DNA from: a virus
IMG/VR virus record: IMGVR_UViG_3300002835_000018
Direction: 5' to 3' (one strand)
Length of the DNA: 64,000 nucleotides
Shown here piece after piece: positions 30,883 through 41,392 of this stretch (positions are counted from its first letter, which is position 1; each line of letters opens with the position of its first letter). Under the pieces are notes generated by a model, which was not told the DNA's origin, ran no database searches, and was given only the letters and a program-made list of their open reading frames with translations. The translations under genes and the position numbers were made by a program.

Positions 30883-32323
30883 CTGGTAGTTCCTCTATTT
30901 GAAAACCATTATTAATTCTTGTTGATCTAAGTTTATAAAACTCATTTCTAGTTGGACCTTCTGTTATTCTTCCATATTCATAATTTCCAGATATATTGAT
31001 GTAATCACCAGCATCAATACCCTTGCCATGCCTTGCAACAACTGGTATGAGTTTTAAGTTGTATGAAATATTATTGTCTGAAACGCTTTCATCTGCCATT
31101 TCCTCTTCTGTTTTACGCTTATAGATTGAAAAATTACTACACAACCACAAAATTCTATCAGAGCCTGATGCAACATCTGTGTCTTCTCTTGTTATGCCAT
31201 CTCTGTTTAATTGAGTAAAGGCCAAACAAGCAACCCCATATTGAACCATGAAATTGTGAAGACTCGTCATTAAAAAACCTAGTGCTTGATATTCAGCAAT
31301 ATTTTTTGATATTGTTCCATCATCCATCAATTTTATATAGTCAAGTATTATCAAACATGGTTTTGCTTTGCCAAAATCATCTAATCCAACATCTTTTATA
31401 ACCCATCTTCTAGCAAGACTTAAAACTTCATCAAAGCTTTTTCCAGCAATAGACTTATATTTAAATGGCATATCTTTTAATGCATTTGAGGCATCGTAGA
31501 CCCTTTTCTTTTTTGAGGAATCTTTTGAAAAAGATCCATTTTCAATATCTTCGATTTTAATGTTACCCATACAAGCCAATAGTCTATGCCAATGATCTTT
31601 CGCTGTCATTTCAGTATCAAACATTAAGACAGGTATACCTTGTTTAGCAACATTCATTGCAACATTATCTGCAAAAAATGATTTGCCTGTTTTCATTCTT
31701 GCACCAATTAAATTAACTGTGCCTGGCCTAAGACCGCCTCCAATAGCCCTATCGTAAACTTTAAAACCCGATGAAATACCAAGTTGAGATATTGGATTAT
31801 CTTCTAAAAACTTTACATAATCATCTAAACCTTCAGATATTTCTTTTGGACTTGGGTCTTCTGCATTTGAAATTTTAAAAGTTTGATCTAATACAGTTGC
31901 TTCTGCAAGAGAAACTATTTGTGAAATAGGCTCATCACCTGTCATACCCAATAATTCAGTTGCACAATTAGATAAGTTGTATGCTAAGGTCTTAGCAATT
32001 TGCATCTTTTTTAATTTTGCTGCTGCTTTTTTAGCATTAACTATTTCAACTGGCAACAATGTTAAAGATCTAAGATACTTAGCCTGATCATCTTTTTGAA
32101 AAAACTGCTGTATTTTTAAAGAGTTTGCTACAGCTATAATTGATGGTATATCAGCTTTTGAATCTTTTTCATTTACTATTTTTACCAAACACTTATATAT
32201 TGCGGATGTTTCATCAGAACTAAAACTGTTCTCATCAACAATATCGCAAATTTCAATATAGCAATCATAACCCTTTTGAAAAAGAGCAGCCAATATAACT
32301 CTTTCAGATGCAACATCGTTCAT
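30860..32323 (-). CDS. dnaB: Replicative DNA helicase
   Basis: GARMKTGKS, DTEM, ILDYIKL, QLNR, ARHG. Confidence 0.9.
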   Translation of the reverse strand: MNDVASERVILAALFQKGYDCYIEICDIVDENSFSSDETSAIYKCLVKIVNEKDSKADIPSIIAVANSLKIQQFFQKDDQAKYLRSLTLLPVEIVNAKKAAAKLKKMQIAKTLAYNLSNCATELLGMTGDEPISQIVSLAEATVLDQTFKISNAEDPSPKEISEGLDDYVKFLEDNPISQLGISSGFKVYDRAIGGGLRPGTVNLIGARMKTGKSFFADNVAMNVAKQGIPVLMFDTEMTAKDHWHRLLACMGNIKIEDIENGSFSKDSSKKKRVYDASNALKDMPFKYKSIAGKSFDEVLSLARRWVIKDVGLDDFGKAKPCLIILDYIKLMDDGTISKNIAEYQALGFLMTSLHNFMVQYGVACLAFTQLNRDGITREDTDVASGSDRILWLCSNFSIYKRKTEEEMADESVSDNNISYNLKLIPVVARHGKGIDAGDYINISGNYEYGRITEGPTRNEFYKLRSTRINNGFQIEELPDEISGTN

Positions 32324-32751
32324 TATCTACTCGAATTTCTAATGCACTTAATGCATGTAAATGGTGCTGATTCAGAATCAATTGTTCTAAACTTATGTTC
32401 TTCTTTTGTTACCTTCATACCGCATCCACACCTAGAACATTTTACATCACAAAAATGATCGCCTTCTTTGAATGGTTGCCTATAGCTTTTGTTAGAGGTT
32501 TTTTGCTCCTTTTCTATGAAGCCCGATTCAAGTGTTAAATCATCAACAAACTTATTGACTGTTGGTGGAACTAAAGACTTACTGCTGACAGAAGCTTTGT
32601 TAGATGAAAAATTAACTTGTTTAGCTGGAGTAGATGGTTGATGCGTTAAAACAACAAATTCTTCATCACCAGATAAAATATTTAATGCTTTTGACACTAA
32701 TGCCCAATCTTTGTTTCCAACTGCTGTTTTCAACATATTAACGAGATTCAT
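32323..32751 (-). CDS. Hypothetical protein with C-terminal zinc ribbon
   Basis: CSRC...CIKC. Confidence 0.55.
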   Translation of the reverse strand: MNLVNMLKTAVGNKDWALVSKALNILSGDEEFVVLTHQPSTPAKQVNFSSNKASVSSKSLVPPTVNKFVDDLTLESGFIEKEQKTSNKSYRQPFKEGDHFCDVKCSRCGCGMKVTKEEHKFRTIDSESAPFTCIKCIRNSSR

Positions 32752-33265
32752 TATTTCTCCTTTTTGAATAAGCTAAATTTGACAAAGATTCAGCAACTTT
32801 TTCAAGTCTAATCGGTAAATATTCAATTCTATCTATTCTTGCTTGTATTAAAGTAGAAAGCTTTTTTATTTTTTTTGCATAATCATTATCTTTTATACAC
32901 AAAGCCATTCTTTCTTCTGCTGAAAAATATCTGTAGTCTGAAAGATTATTTGCTACAACACTTAAAATCTTTTCATTGCACCATCTTAATTTTGTTTTTT
33001 CTTTGTTTATAACCCTGCTTATATGGAAAGAAAAACTATTAAGTAAAACGCATGACTCTGAACATTGTTCGCTGCTCATTTTTGATAAATCATCCTGCGA
33101 TAAGTATAAATACTTTATGCATGTAAATTCTTTATCAGAAGGAATTGGTGTTAAGCCAATGGTCAATTCATATTTTTCTAAAGCAATATCGATCTTTTGT
33201 TCTTCAGTCAAGTTCAATTCTTGATTGCCACTGCTCGGTTGATTCATTAAATGGTAACTCCACAA
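32738..33265 (-). CDS. Helical hypothetical protein (possibly UvsY-like mediator)
   Basis: All-helical pattern; lies between recA and dnaB; the function is inferred from context only. Confidence 0.35.
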   Translation of the reverse strand: MWSYHLMNQPSSGNQELNLTEEQKIDIALEKYELTIGLTPIPSDKEFTCIKYLYLSQDDLSKMSSEQCSESCVLLNSFSFHISRVINKEKTKLRWCNEKILSVVANNLSDYRYFSAEERMALCIKDNDYAKKIKKLSTLIQARIDRIEYLPIRLEKVAESLSNLAYSKRRNNESR

Positions 33266-33608
33266 GAACTATTCCGTTGATTAAACACCATTCTTTCTTC
33301 TTATTGTCATTCGCCTTTGATGCCAAAAAGTTTAGCTGTGTTCCATGAAAGAAAGGAACAAATTTGTAATGCTGTTCCCCATGAACTTCTATGATTTTAT
33401 TCCTTAATGGCAACCAAAAATCTGCGTACAAATTTCCAGATCCAGGCAAATGAACTTCTTCAAGTATTCTATCTACTGGATATAAAGATTTAAGCAACAC
33501 CCTAGTTCTTATGTGTAACTCCGATCTTTTTCTTTCATCGCTTATGTCTGGCATTTGACCATAAAATGACCAAGAGTGCATTCTTCCATCTAAACCTTTT
33601 ATTTTCAT
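33204..33608 (-). CDS. Restriction-endonuclease-like (DUF559-type) nuclease
   Basis: ADFWLP...IEVHGEQHY...DNKKKEWC. Confidence 0.7.
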   Translation of the reverse strand: MKIKGLDGRMHSWSFYGQMPDISDERKRSELHIRTRVLLKSLYPVDRILEEVHLPGSGNLYADFWLPLRNKIIEVHGEQHYKFVPFFHGTQLNFLASKANDNKKKEWCLINGIVLVELPFNESTEQWQSRIELD

Positions 33609-35596
33609 GATAAAAGACCTTTTATTTCTTGCTCAAGAACTTTTACCCATAAAGGATTTTCAAGCAGTAGCCTATAAAGCTTTTCTGCACCTTGGGTTTT
33701 AACTTTTCTTATTGTTGCATCATCCCATTCTTTTGAATCTAACAATTTTAAGTGCCTTTGCATAAAATCAAGTGTCATCCAAGCACCAGCTTTAGCTATA
33801 AGACCAAGTTGACAACCAAGATTTATGGCTTCATATGTATTATCAATACCAATGCCGTAACGAATATAGCTGTCAATTTCCATTCCTGGTGAACCTAAAG
33901 CACAAGATTCAATTAACCAATGAACCTGTTGTCCAATTTGTTTTTCTTTGCCTTCTATGCCAACATTCCAAGCTTTATCAAATTTAACTCTCATTTGAAC
34001 ATCTGCTTGATACTGCAATGTTCTAGAACCTTTTTCTGTATAACCACCATACATACCCTGAGATTGGGTTAAGTGCATAATCGCCCAAACAATACAGTTT
34101 TGTACTGGCACTATATTAGCTGCTTGTCTGCAAAAACCAGCAAAGAGCTTATTACCAGCCCCTCTATTTTCATACCCAATACCCTCATCCATTTCTTTTT
34201 CATCACATAGGGCAGAAACACTATCTATGATGATCAAACTTCCTGGATGCGTATTGATGGCTTTAAAAGCCAAATTTAGGTAGTCCTTTGCAGAAAGAAT
34301 CTTATCTTGAGTAGACCTATAGATTGTCATCTTGTCTAAATTTAAGCCAGCTATGCCCTTTAGATTCATAGGCTTCAATCGACCTTCAATGTTCAGATAA
34401 TACACATGTCTACCACCATTCTCAGGTTTTTGACATTGTGCAGCAAAAGAAAGTGAGGTTAATGTGTTATGTGTAACTATAAAGTTATTGGTTAAGTACA
34501 AACCATCTTTTGTGTTTATGGTAATACAAACACACTCTTCTTTTCTTACTTTTTTTACAGATATTATTTTTCTTTCAAATTTATTTTTTCTTTTTTGTAA
34601 AATGTTAAGTTTTAATATACAGACATATCTTTTTGAGTCTTTGTTCTTATGAACAGAATAGTTGCCTATTCCTCCCAAAGATTGCACCAATGTAACGATA
34701 TCTTCTGCAAGCCTTTGACTTGATACTGTAATAGTTAAGCTTTTATCTTTAGTTAAATATCCAGCAACTTTTAAAATACCAGTTATTAACCTTGTTCGAT
34801 TGTAAACGCCATCAAACAAATATTTTGGGGGAATAAACTTTTGGTTATTTGCAATATTAAAAAGCCCAAGCTTTATAAAAGGATTGGAATTTTTAGCAGA
34901 TATCTTTTTGGATTCATTGTCATAAACTATATATTTTTTATCGCTATCAGACATTTCATTCACAATATCTAAATCTTTTTCAAGAGTTACATATGTTGAA
35001 TTTTTTCCAAAAATTCCAGCACCAAGAAAAATGCCCATTATGTATGGGGAAATCTCTTTGGTTGTTTCATTAAACAATGCAGGAGTAGAAATTGGTATAG
35101 AATATTTTGCTACTTTTCCAGACTTGTAATAAATATCATTAATAAAATCTTTAAGTTGTCTAACAACAAAATCCTTATGATCTTTTGTTTTAATTGACCA
35201 AAGATGATCTAATCCGCACTCTGCAAATGTTCCATCAGAAAAACTTATTCGATAAACATCTTTAATTCCTTGTGGATAGATAGCGAGAATTTCTGCTGAA
35301 TTACCATCATGTGTACATACATGCTCGCCCAACATCAATTCACCAATTGGTTTAGGACCATTTGGAGTATAAACAAGAGCAGAAACAGGCTGTTCTTTTC
35401 CGCTTTTTGGATGACCAGAACATGTAACCCAAGAACCTTCTGGTATACCACCATGTAAACCAAGATTTAAAGCTGGAGAAAGCGGTATAACATGCTTTTC
35501 TTCATCTAGCAAATCGCTTGCGTTTATTGCAATACCATTACCATATTGCTTTGATACTTCTTTGATTATTTTTTCTACTTCATCACTCATTTTCAA
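33605..35596 (-). CDS. recA: RecA-family recombinase containing an intein
   Basis: LGLHGGIPEG, Walker A GHPKSGK/T, IIIDSVSAL, YIRYGIGID, AGAW. Confidence 0.9.
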   Translation of the reverse strand: MKMSDEVEKIIKEVSKQYGNGIAINASDLLDEEKHVIPLSPALNLGLHGGIPEGSWVTCSGHPKSGKEQPVSALVYTPNGPKPIGELMLGEHVCTHDGNSAEILAIYPQGIKDVYRISFSDGTFAECGLDHLWSIKTKDHKDFVVRQLKDFINDIYYKSGKVAKYSIPISTPALFNETTKEISPYIMGIFLGAGIFGKNSTYVTLEKDLDIVNEMSDSDKKYIVYDNESKKISAKNSNPFIKLGLFNIANNQKFIPPKYLFDGVYNRTRLITGILKVAGYLTKDKSLTITVSSQRLAEDIVTLVQSLGGIGNYSVHKNKDSKRYVCILKLNILQKRKNKFERKIISVKKVRKEECVCITINTKDGLYLTNNFIVTHNTLTSLSFAAQCQKPENGGRHVYYLNIEGRLKPMNLKGIAGLNLDKMTIYRSTQDKILSAKDYLNLAFKAINTHPGSLIIIDSVSALCDEKEMDEGIGYENRGAGNKLFAGFCRQAANIVPVQNCIVWAIMHLTQSQGMYGGYTEKGSRTLQYQADVQMRVKFDKAWNVGIEGKEKQIGQQVHWLIESCALGSPGMEIDSYIRYGIGIDNTYEAINLGCQLGLIAKAGAWMTLDFMQRHLKLLDSKEWDDATIRKVKTQGAEKLYRLLLENPLWVKVLEQEIKGLLS
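34466..35395 (-). mobile_element. Class 3 (WCT) intein, 310 aa, with degenerate LAGLIDADG domain
   Basis: Starts EQPVSALVYTPNG; block B DHLW; block F CVCITI; block G VTHN followed by Thr. Confidence 0.85.
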
Positions 35597-36011
35597 TATC
35601 CTTTAATTTACTTAGTGTTGATTTCTTTGAAACAAAAGACTTTTTAATTGGCAAAGATTCTACTTTCTCAACCTTTTTCTCATCTGCTTCCTTAAATTTA
35701 TATTCTTCATACTCTATGAGCTTTATCAACCAAGGAGCACCTAAAGAGAATATTTTTTTACCTTCTTGTGATCTTAAAGCCTTAGAAACTAGTGCTGGAT
35801 CATATTTTTCTAAAAGCTTATTTGCTAAAGAAAGCTGTTTAAAAAACTCTTTTTTCCAAGGTTGTTTATCCCAAAATTTTGGAGGTATATCTTGACGATT
35901 TTGTTTGGCAAAACGCTCACACATTAACTCAGCCAAAAATTGTGCTGGAGTTATCCAACCACCACCATGCCTAGATTCATATCTACTATTTGAAGATCTT
36001 TCCTTTGCCAT
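35583..36011 (-). CDS. Hypothetical protein
   Basis: 142 aa, coupled to recA. Confidence 0.6.
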   Translation of the reverse strand: MAKERSSNSRYESRHGGGWITPAQFLAELMCERFAKQNRQDIPPKFWDKQPWKKEFFKQLSLANKLLEKYDPALVSKALRSQEGKKIFSLGAPWLIKLIEYEEYKFKEADEKKVEKVESLPIKKSFVSKKSTLSKLKDIENE

Positions 36012-36438
36012 AATTTTCTTTCGTATTTAAAATTACTTGTTGCTCAGTACAATCAGAAATGTTTCTTTCTTCTTCATCAAAAATTATTAGTTCTGGAACT
36101 TTTATCTTTTTTAAACTAACAACATCTTTCTTGATAGAACCCAATATATAAAAATTTATATTTTCAGTAGATGACATCATACCAATGATGCCCATAGAGA
36201 AAAAGTATCCTTCACAATAATCTTCTAAAGGATAAAAAATATTCGATCTAAATCTCACATACATTTTTTCTATTTTCAAATTGTTTTCGTGCAAATACTT
36301 TTTAAGTCTAATCCAAGCAGAAAACTCAACAGATTGATCAAAACCATCGTTTTGATAAACGGTTTCACCATTGGACAATTCTACTGCCCAACAAGTCTTA
36401 TCTTCAAAATATTCTTTGTCGTATGTTTTGCAAATCAT
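35986..36438 (-). CDS. Hypothetical protein
   Basis: 150 aa, in operon. Confidence 0.6.
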   Translation of the reverse strand: MICKTYDKEYFEDKTCWAVELSNGETVYQNDGFDQSVEFSAWIRLKKYLHENNLKIEKMYVRFRSNIFYPLEDYCEGYFFSMGIIGMMSSTENINFYILGSIKKDVVSLKKIKVPELIIFDEEERNISDCTEQQVILNTKENYGKGKIFK

Positions 36439-36725
36439 ATTTTATGAATACTGTTTTTAAATTTTTTCATATAAGCAGCATTCTCACTTGATCTAACAAT
36501 ATCATCGCCTTTGCTAGATTGTGCTGCTGTCATAGCCACGCTTCCAAGCTTCGTTTGAAATGTTAAAGATTTTTTTGTTCTAGCCTTATCATAAACATCT
36601 TTAATAAATTCAACATCTCTACTAAGCTTTTCTGCAATATCGCCCAAGGACATAGACGAACAATTGCCCTCAATAAAATATATTTCAATTTCATTCAAAG
36701 GAGCATTTTTAGATTTTTTGGTCAT
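36435..36725 (-). CDS. Small HTH-like protein
   Basis: MSLGDIAEKLSRDVEFIK. Confidence 0.5.
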   Translation of the reverse strand: MTKKSKNAPLNEIEIYFIEGNCSSMSLGDIAEKLSRDVEFIKDVYDKARTKKSLTFQTKLGSVAMTAAQSSKGDDIVRSSENAAYMKKFKNSIHKI

Positions 36726-37042
36726 GATATATTCCTTTCAGCATTTTTTAAAAAAGAAGAGTTGTTGGTTGATAAATAAGAAATGTAAAAGTTAAAACAT
36801 TCCCTATTTACACTTTTGTATGAGTATCTATGTTTATCTGTGTGGTTATCAAAACGCTTTAAGTCTTCTAGCAAGTTTGAAGATGGATCAAAAAGTTTTC
36901 CAGAATCTATTCCATTGGTGCAAACTTTAACCCAAAATTTTTCACTCTTCAACTCTGTATCAGTGCTTTTTTTAGCAAGAGACAGGAAGTTTTCATGATC
37001 GCATTCTTTACCATTTTTATCAAACCCAATTACAGAAAACAT
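36722..37042 (-). CDS. Hypothetical protein
   Basis: 106 aa, overlap-coupled. Confidence 0.55.
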   Translation of the reverse strand: MFSVIGFDKNGKECDHENFLSLAKKSTDTELKSEKFWVKVCTNGIDSGKLFDPSSNLLEDLKRFDNHTDKHRYSYKSVNRECFNFYISYLSTNNSSFLKNAERNIS

Positions 37043-37356
37043 TATTTTTTTCCTTTCTGTGTTTTGAATATGATTTTATTTTCTTCAGTAACAATATCTG
37101 TTAAAAGAGTGTCTTGTGTAAAAAAATCTGGATTTTCTCTATCTACAGTAACGCATCCACCTGGTCTAAAAATACCTTTAACATCTTTTACAAAGCTTTT
37201 ATCGCCACAATAACAACATTCTGCAACGCATTTCCAATAAATGTCTGCATCTGTATTAGTTATAAACAAATCAACAAGTGGCTTATTACAATTGCTGCAA
37301 CTTATAATAAGATTTCCATGATCTTCAATTTTCATGATGACTGCCCTCTTTTCCAA
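37042..37356 (-). CDS. Zinc-ribbon hypothetical protein
   Basis: CSNC...CCYC. Confidence 0.55.
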   Translation of the reverse strand: MEKRAVIMKIEDHGNLIISCSNCNKPLVDLFITNTDADIYWKCVAECCYCGDKSFVKDVKGIFRPGGCVTVDRENPDFFTQDTLLTDIVTEENKIIFKTQKGKK

Positions 37357-37580
37357 ATGTGTCCAAAATTTTTGTCGCTAATAGAATTATTTAAAAAAGA
37401 TTCAAGTTTAATTTTAGCTTCTTGAAAAGAAGTTCCATCTGCTCTCAACAATATCAAACCAATATCAACTGGTTGATTTGATCCATATGAGCCATCAGAA
37501 CTTATTGGAAGAACCTCCCAATGTATTCTAACTATAGCTGTATGAGGTGATTCTTCTCCAGCTTTAGGAATTAAAGCCAT
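37332..37580 (-). CDS. Hypothetical protein
   Basis: 82 aa, TAATG-coupled. Confidence 0.5.
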   Translation of the reverse strand: MALIPKAGEESPHTAIVRIHWEVLPISSDGSYGSNQPVDIGLILLRADGTSFQEAKIKLESFLNNSISDKNFGHIWKRGQSS

Positions 37581-37942
37581 TATTCTTCTCCTGTTTCTAT
37601 GTAATTTTTAACATCTTTAATTTTAGATAGGTTTAAAGGTTTATCCTTTTTGCTTAACCCAGTAACCTTTCCTGATCTCCACCAAGGCAACTTTGAATCT
37701 TTCAATTCTTGTTTTTTAGCCATATGTTCTTTAATTTTTCCACCAGCTTTCTTATAATTAGCTTCACCTACTTGACCTATTGTATCTCCACCTTTGATAC
37801 AGACAATGGTGTTTCCATCATAAACCTGATTTACTTTTCCTTTTTTGCACTTTGGACAATCTTTGGGATGACTTTCAGAAAAAGAAAGCTTAATCTCAAA
37901 ACTGTATTCGCATGACCCACAAGAAAATTCATAGTATGGCAT
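37580..37942 (-). CDS. FmdB-family zinc ribbon protein
   Basis: MPYYEFSCGSC..FE.......CPKC. Confidence 0.8.
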   Translation of the reverse strand: MPYYEFSCGSCEYSFEIKLSFSESHPKDCPKCKKGKVNQVYDGNTIVCIKGGDTIGQVGEANYKKAGGKIKEHMAKKQELKDSKLPWWRSGKVTGLSKKDKPLNLSKIKDVKNYIETGEE

Positions 37943-38178
37943 TAAAATTCCTCATCATCTGTATAATCCTCTTCGTTTATATCAACACAATATTTCATCT
38001 TCCATCTATTTTCTGTAAACTCTAATGATTCTGCTGGAAAACCATCTCGCATAACATTAGCATCCAAATCAAAATAAACAACTAAAACTTCTTTTGTTTC
38101 TTCGCCAAAAGCTACAACTGTCATTGGCATTCCACCAGATTTTAAAGCAACTATATCACCAATATTAAATAGAGACAT
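37942..38178 (-). CDS. YodC/DUF2158-like small protein
   Basis: FNIGDIVALKSGGMPMTV...FPAESL. Confidence 0.8.
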   Translation of the reverse strand: MSLFNIGDIVALKSGGMPMTVVAFGEETKEVLVVYFDLDANVMRDGFPAESLEFTENRWKMKYCVDINEEDYTDDEEF

Positions 38179-38179
38179 G

Positions 38180-39043
38180 TTAAACCTCCATAAGTTTTAA
38201 ACATTGCTGATAAAGATAATCATCGCTCATTTCCATTGTGTGCAATTTTTCAAAATTGTTTTTTATAGCATCAAACTTAGTTTCATATAAGTCTTTACTA
38301 AGAACAATTTTATCAATGTCCTCTTCTGAATTTATAGATATTATTCCATTTGAATCAAAAAACAAGTCTATTTTAGGATTACCCAAATAAATTGGCACTG
38401 TTCCAAATGAAAAACAGTCTGTCAACATTTCAGCAAAAAAATATGGCTGATTATTATTCTGAATAACAACAGTAAACATATAGTCTTTTAGTGCATTATC
38501 TTTTTTATAGAAACCATCATATTTTTCACCAGTGTAAGGAGAATTTAAAAAACCGCCAAACAAATCAAATTTTTCAACATTATTTTTTGCTATACTTTGC
38601 CTAATAGCATGAAAATTACAACTCAACTTATTTGAACATATCATTGAACACATTTTTGTTTTTTTATAAATGTTCCAATTTTCTTTTTTTGACCAAGGAA
38701 TATTGCTGCATGAATAACAAAACTTAAATCTTGAATCTAAAGAAAGCAAGTATTCGTCAGAAGTAAATATGTAATCTATATCGTTAAATATTTTTTTGTA
38801 ATCATATTTTATTTTATCATACAAGTTTTGAAATATTGTTATGGATTCACACAACCACCCAAATCTAGGAACATTTTTAACTTTTGGATATTTGTAACAA
38901 TCAAGAATTGAATAATCCATGAAAACAGAAAAATCTGAATCTTCATTAGACCAATCAAAAAGTTTTGGACTGTTGTTTGAACAACTTGAAAAACTAAGAT
39001 TAAAAGGGGAACCTATGCCTTTTACTTTTCCTTTTTTCGGCAT
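38180..39043 (-). CDS. GT10 (fucosyltransferase)-like glycosyltransferase
   Basis: KDYMFTVVIQN...FAEMLTDCFSFGTVPIYLG. Confidence 0.65.
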   Translation of the reverse strand: MPKKGKVKGIGSPFNLSFSSCSNNSPKLFDWSNEDSDFSVFMDYSILDCYKYPKVKNVPRFGWLCESITIFQNLYDKIKYDYKKIFNDIDYIFTSDEYLLSLDSRFKFCYSCSNIPWSKKENWNIYKKTKMCSMICSNKLSCNFHAIRQSIAKNNVEKFDLFGGFLNSPYTGEKYDGFYKKDNALKDYMFTVVIQNNNQPYFFAEMLTDCFSFGTVPIYLGNPKIDLFFDSNGIISINSEEDIDKIVLSKDLYETKFDAIKNNFEKLHTMEMSDDYLYQQCLKLMEV

Positions 39044-39100
39044 TTTTTTTCACCAATTTTGCTTTTTTAGTTTTTGAAATCTTTGCAATTCTTTTTGACA

Positions 39101-41392
39101 TTATATTAAACAAGCTCCACCAGCACAAGCAAGTTCTCCTTGAATATCTATTGTAGAATTAACTTCAACAGCATTTAAATAATTAACATCAGAATAATTA
39201 TTTATTAGCTTGTTCCATAAATCTAAATTATAAGCATCTTTAAGTGCATAAGTAGCGTACTTAACATCAGAAGAAAAAAATTCATCTGCATATTTTTGCA
39301 CCATAATTTTCCAAGTTTTTTGTTTTTCATCTTTTGGTTCAAAATAACCAAGAACACATGAACAAGCATCCCACAAAGAATTAAAATTATATTCAGAAAA
39401 TTTTGGGTAAGTTTCATATGCCTTAGATGTGGCTTCATAACCCCAATTAGCTATTTGTTCTTCAATTGAATAAACTGCTGTAAATGGAGCTTGATTATAG
39501 TCTTTATCTCCAGTTGAAGCTATGAGAGATATTCCAGCAAGCTCTGCACGATGATTGTAAATGTACTCTTTTACCTTATCCCACTCATCATCTTTTACAT
39601 GTATTGTATTAGAAACATTGTGATTTAACTCTTTTCTAACGCAAAGATGTTCATTTTTTCCAGCAACAACCCAATTTTTATAGGTTGATAAAACATCATC
39701 AAGCATAGATATAGCATCTATGTTTTCCTTAAGCACTGTTCCATCTTGGCTTTGTACACAAAACCTTATGCAATCATCCGTTTTATTTGATGACCATACT
39801 GATTCTTCACATGCTTGAGGATTAATGCTTTTAAAGTGCTGGTAAGGAGATTCCATCTGATTAGCTTGAACAATTCTAAAATATCTTTTAGAATGATCTG
39901 GATGAATACCAGAAGCAGACCCTAATAAAGCAGCAGAATTACCCTCTGGCTTTACGCAAGTTGTTCTTGCAGCAGGACTTATGTTTAATATTTCTGCGTA
40001 CTTTTTGTTTGTATCTTTAACTATTTTTGCTCCATTTTGTTGAATTGTTGGGTTTAATAGTATTTTAGGATGATGTTGCATACCATTAATTGAAACGCCC
40101 AATAATGCCTCTTTACGAGCAATAAGTTCTGTAACATGACCCAAGTATGGGAAATTGGTAAAAGATGCTTGTAATGTACCAATAAAGGCAGCAGCAGCAC
40201 ACCTTTGGTAGAAGTCTTCTTCTGAAGTTATTGTTTTTCCATTAATAGTTGATAAATTGCAGAATCCCCAACCAGAAAGACCGACCTCATCTTCTGGCAT
40301 GTCATCTTTGCATGACTCTTTTGTTGTTATTGGTCCTTCATATAATGACAAAGCCTCAGCTAGTTCTGGACTGTTTTTCTTGAAGAAATGTTTAGTTATC
40401 CATGATATTTCACAACATGGATTACATAATGCATCATAAAAATCGGCAAAGAAAAATCCTGGTTCACCAAATTCTTTTGTTGCTTTAAATAGATTTTCAA
40501 ATACTTCTTTGGAAGTATATTTTCTATGAAGTAATGCAGAGATGTTTGCCCTAGCTCTTTGAGGGTTAGTGAAATACCAATCGCCAGTCTTTGCATTGAT
40601 CATTAATTCATCATCGGCAGAGAATAAGGCTATAGTTGCAGATCTACGAACACCGCCAGAAATAACAGCATCAGCAGCAAACATAACTATATCGAATGCA
40701 TCTATTGTTCTTAATTGTGTTTGCCCATTTGCAATACATCTATCGAGTAATTCCCTAGTCTTTTCTAAAGCTTTTTCTAGTGGTTGATAACCTGGGGCAT
40801 TGCCTATGCCACAACTTAAAGGAGCACCCTTTTCTCTTATGTCTTGATAACTAAATCCAACCGCAATATCTTTGTATCTTTCAAATCCTTTTATTGGAGT
40901 TTCAAAATATGAAGAAAGAAGAACACCAAGAGCATCTGCCCAACCTTCGATTGAATCTTCAACCCTATATATATGATGCTCATAACAACATGTTTCTGTG
41001 TTTAATCTAGTAGATGAGAACTTTGGCAACAATTCAACATGATGTTTTTGTACACTAAACCCAGTTCCAGACCCGCAAAGCAATAAATAAAAACATTCTT
41101 GGAAAAATCGTAATCTGTCGCAATAACTAGCAGAACAATTAAATATTCTTGCATTATGTTTAATAATTGGCTTACCGCCAAACTGTAATGCTCTTTGTGA
41201 ACCCAATATTTTTTGATCTCTGATCATTTCATAATGTTCTTCAATATCTTTACGCAAAGATGGATGAACTTCTATCATCATATCTTTTATTCTTTGTACG
41301 CTTTCATCCCAAGTTTCCCTTCTTTTTTCAGATTCAATCCATCTAGCGTATTTGGAAACAGCCGTATATTTTTGTAATTCTTTAATAGACAT
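39101..41392 (-). CDS. nrdJ: Class II (AdoCbl-dependent) monomeric ribonucleotide reductase
   Basis: KYAR..RETW, FNCS, GGVRRSA, NPCCEI, TCVKPEG, C-terminal CAGGAC; no nrdB in the window. Confidence 0.85.
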   Translation of the reverse strand: MSIKELQKYTAVSKYARWIESEKRRETWDESVQRIKDMMIEVHPSLRKDIEEHYEMIRDQKILGSQRALQFGGKPIIKHNARIFNCSASYCDRLRFFQECFYLLLCGSGTGFSVQKHHVELLPKFSSTRLNTETCCYEHHIYRVEDSIEGWADALGVLLSSYFETPIKGFERYKDIAVGFSYQDIREKGAPLSCGIGNAPGYQPLEKALEKTRELLDRCIANGQTQLRTIDAFDIVMFAADAVISGGVRRSATIALFSADDELMINAKTGDWYFTNPQRARANISALLHRKYTSKEVFENLFKATKEFGEPGFFFADFYDALCNPCCEISWITKHFFKKNSPELAEALSLYEGPITTKESCKDDMPEDEVGLSGWGFCNLSTINGKTITSEEDFYQRCAAAAFIGTLQASFTNFPYLGHVTELIARKEALLGVSINGMQHHPKILLNPTIQQNGAKIVKDTNKKYAEILNISPAARTTCVKPEGNSAALLGSASGIHPDHSKRYFRIVQANQMESPYQHFKSINPQACEESVWSSNKTDDCIRFCVQSQDGTVLKENIDAISMLDDVLSTYKNWVVAGKNEHLCVRKELNHNVSNTIHVKDDEWDKVKEYIYNHRAELAGISLIASTGDKDYNQAPFTAVYSIEEQIANWGYEATSKAYETYPKFSEYNFNSLWDACSCVLGYFEPKDEKQKTWKIMVQKYADEFFSSDVKYATYALKDAYNLDLWNKLINNYSDVNYLNAVEVNSTIDIQGELACAGGACLI

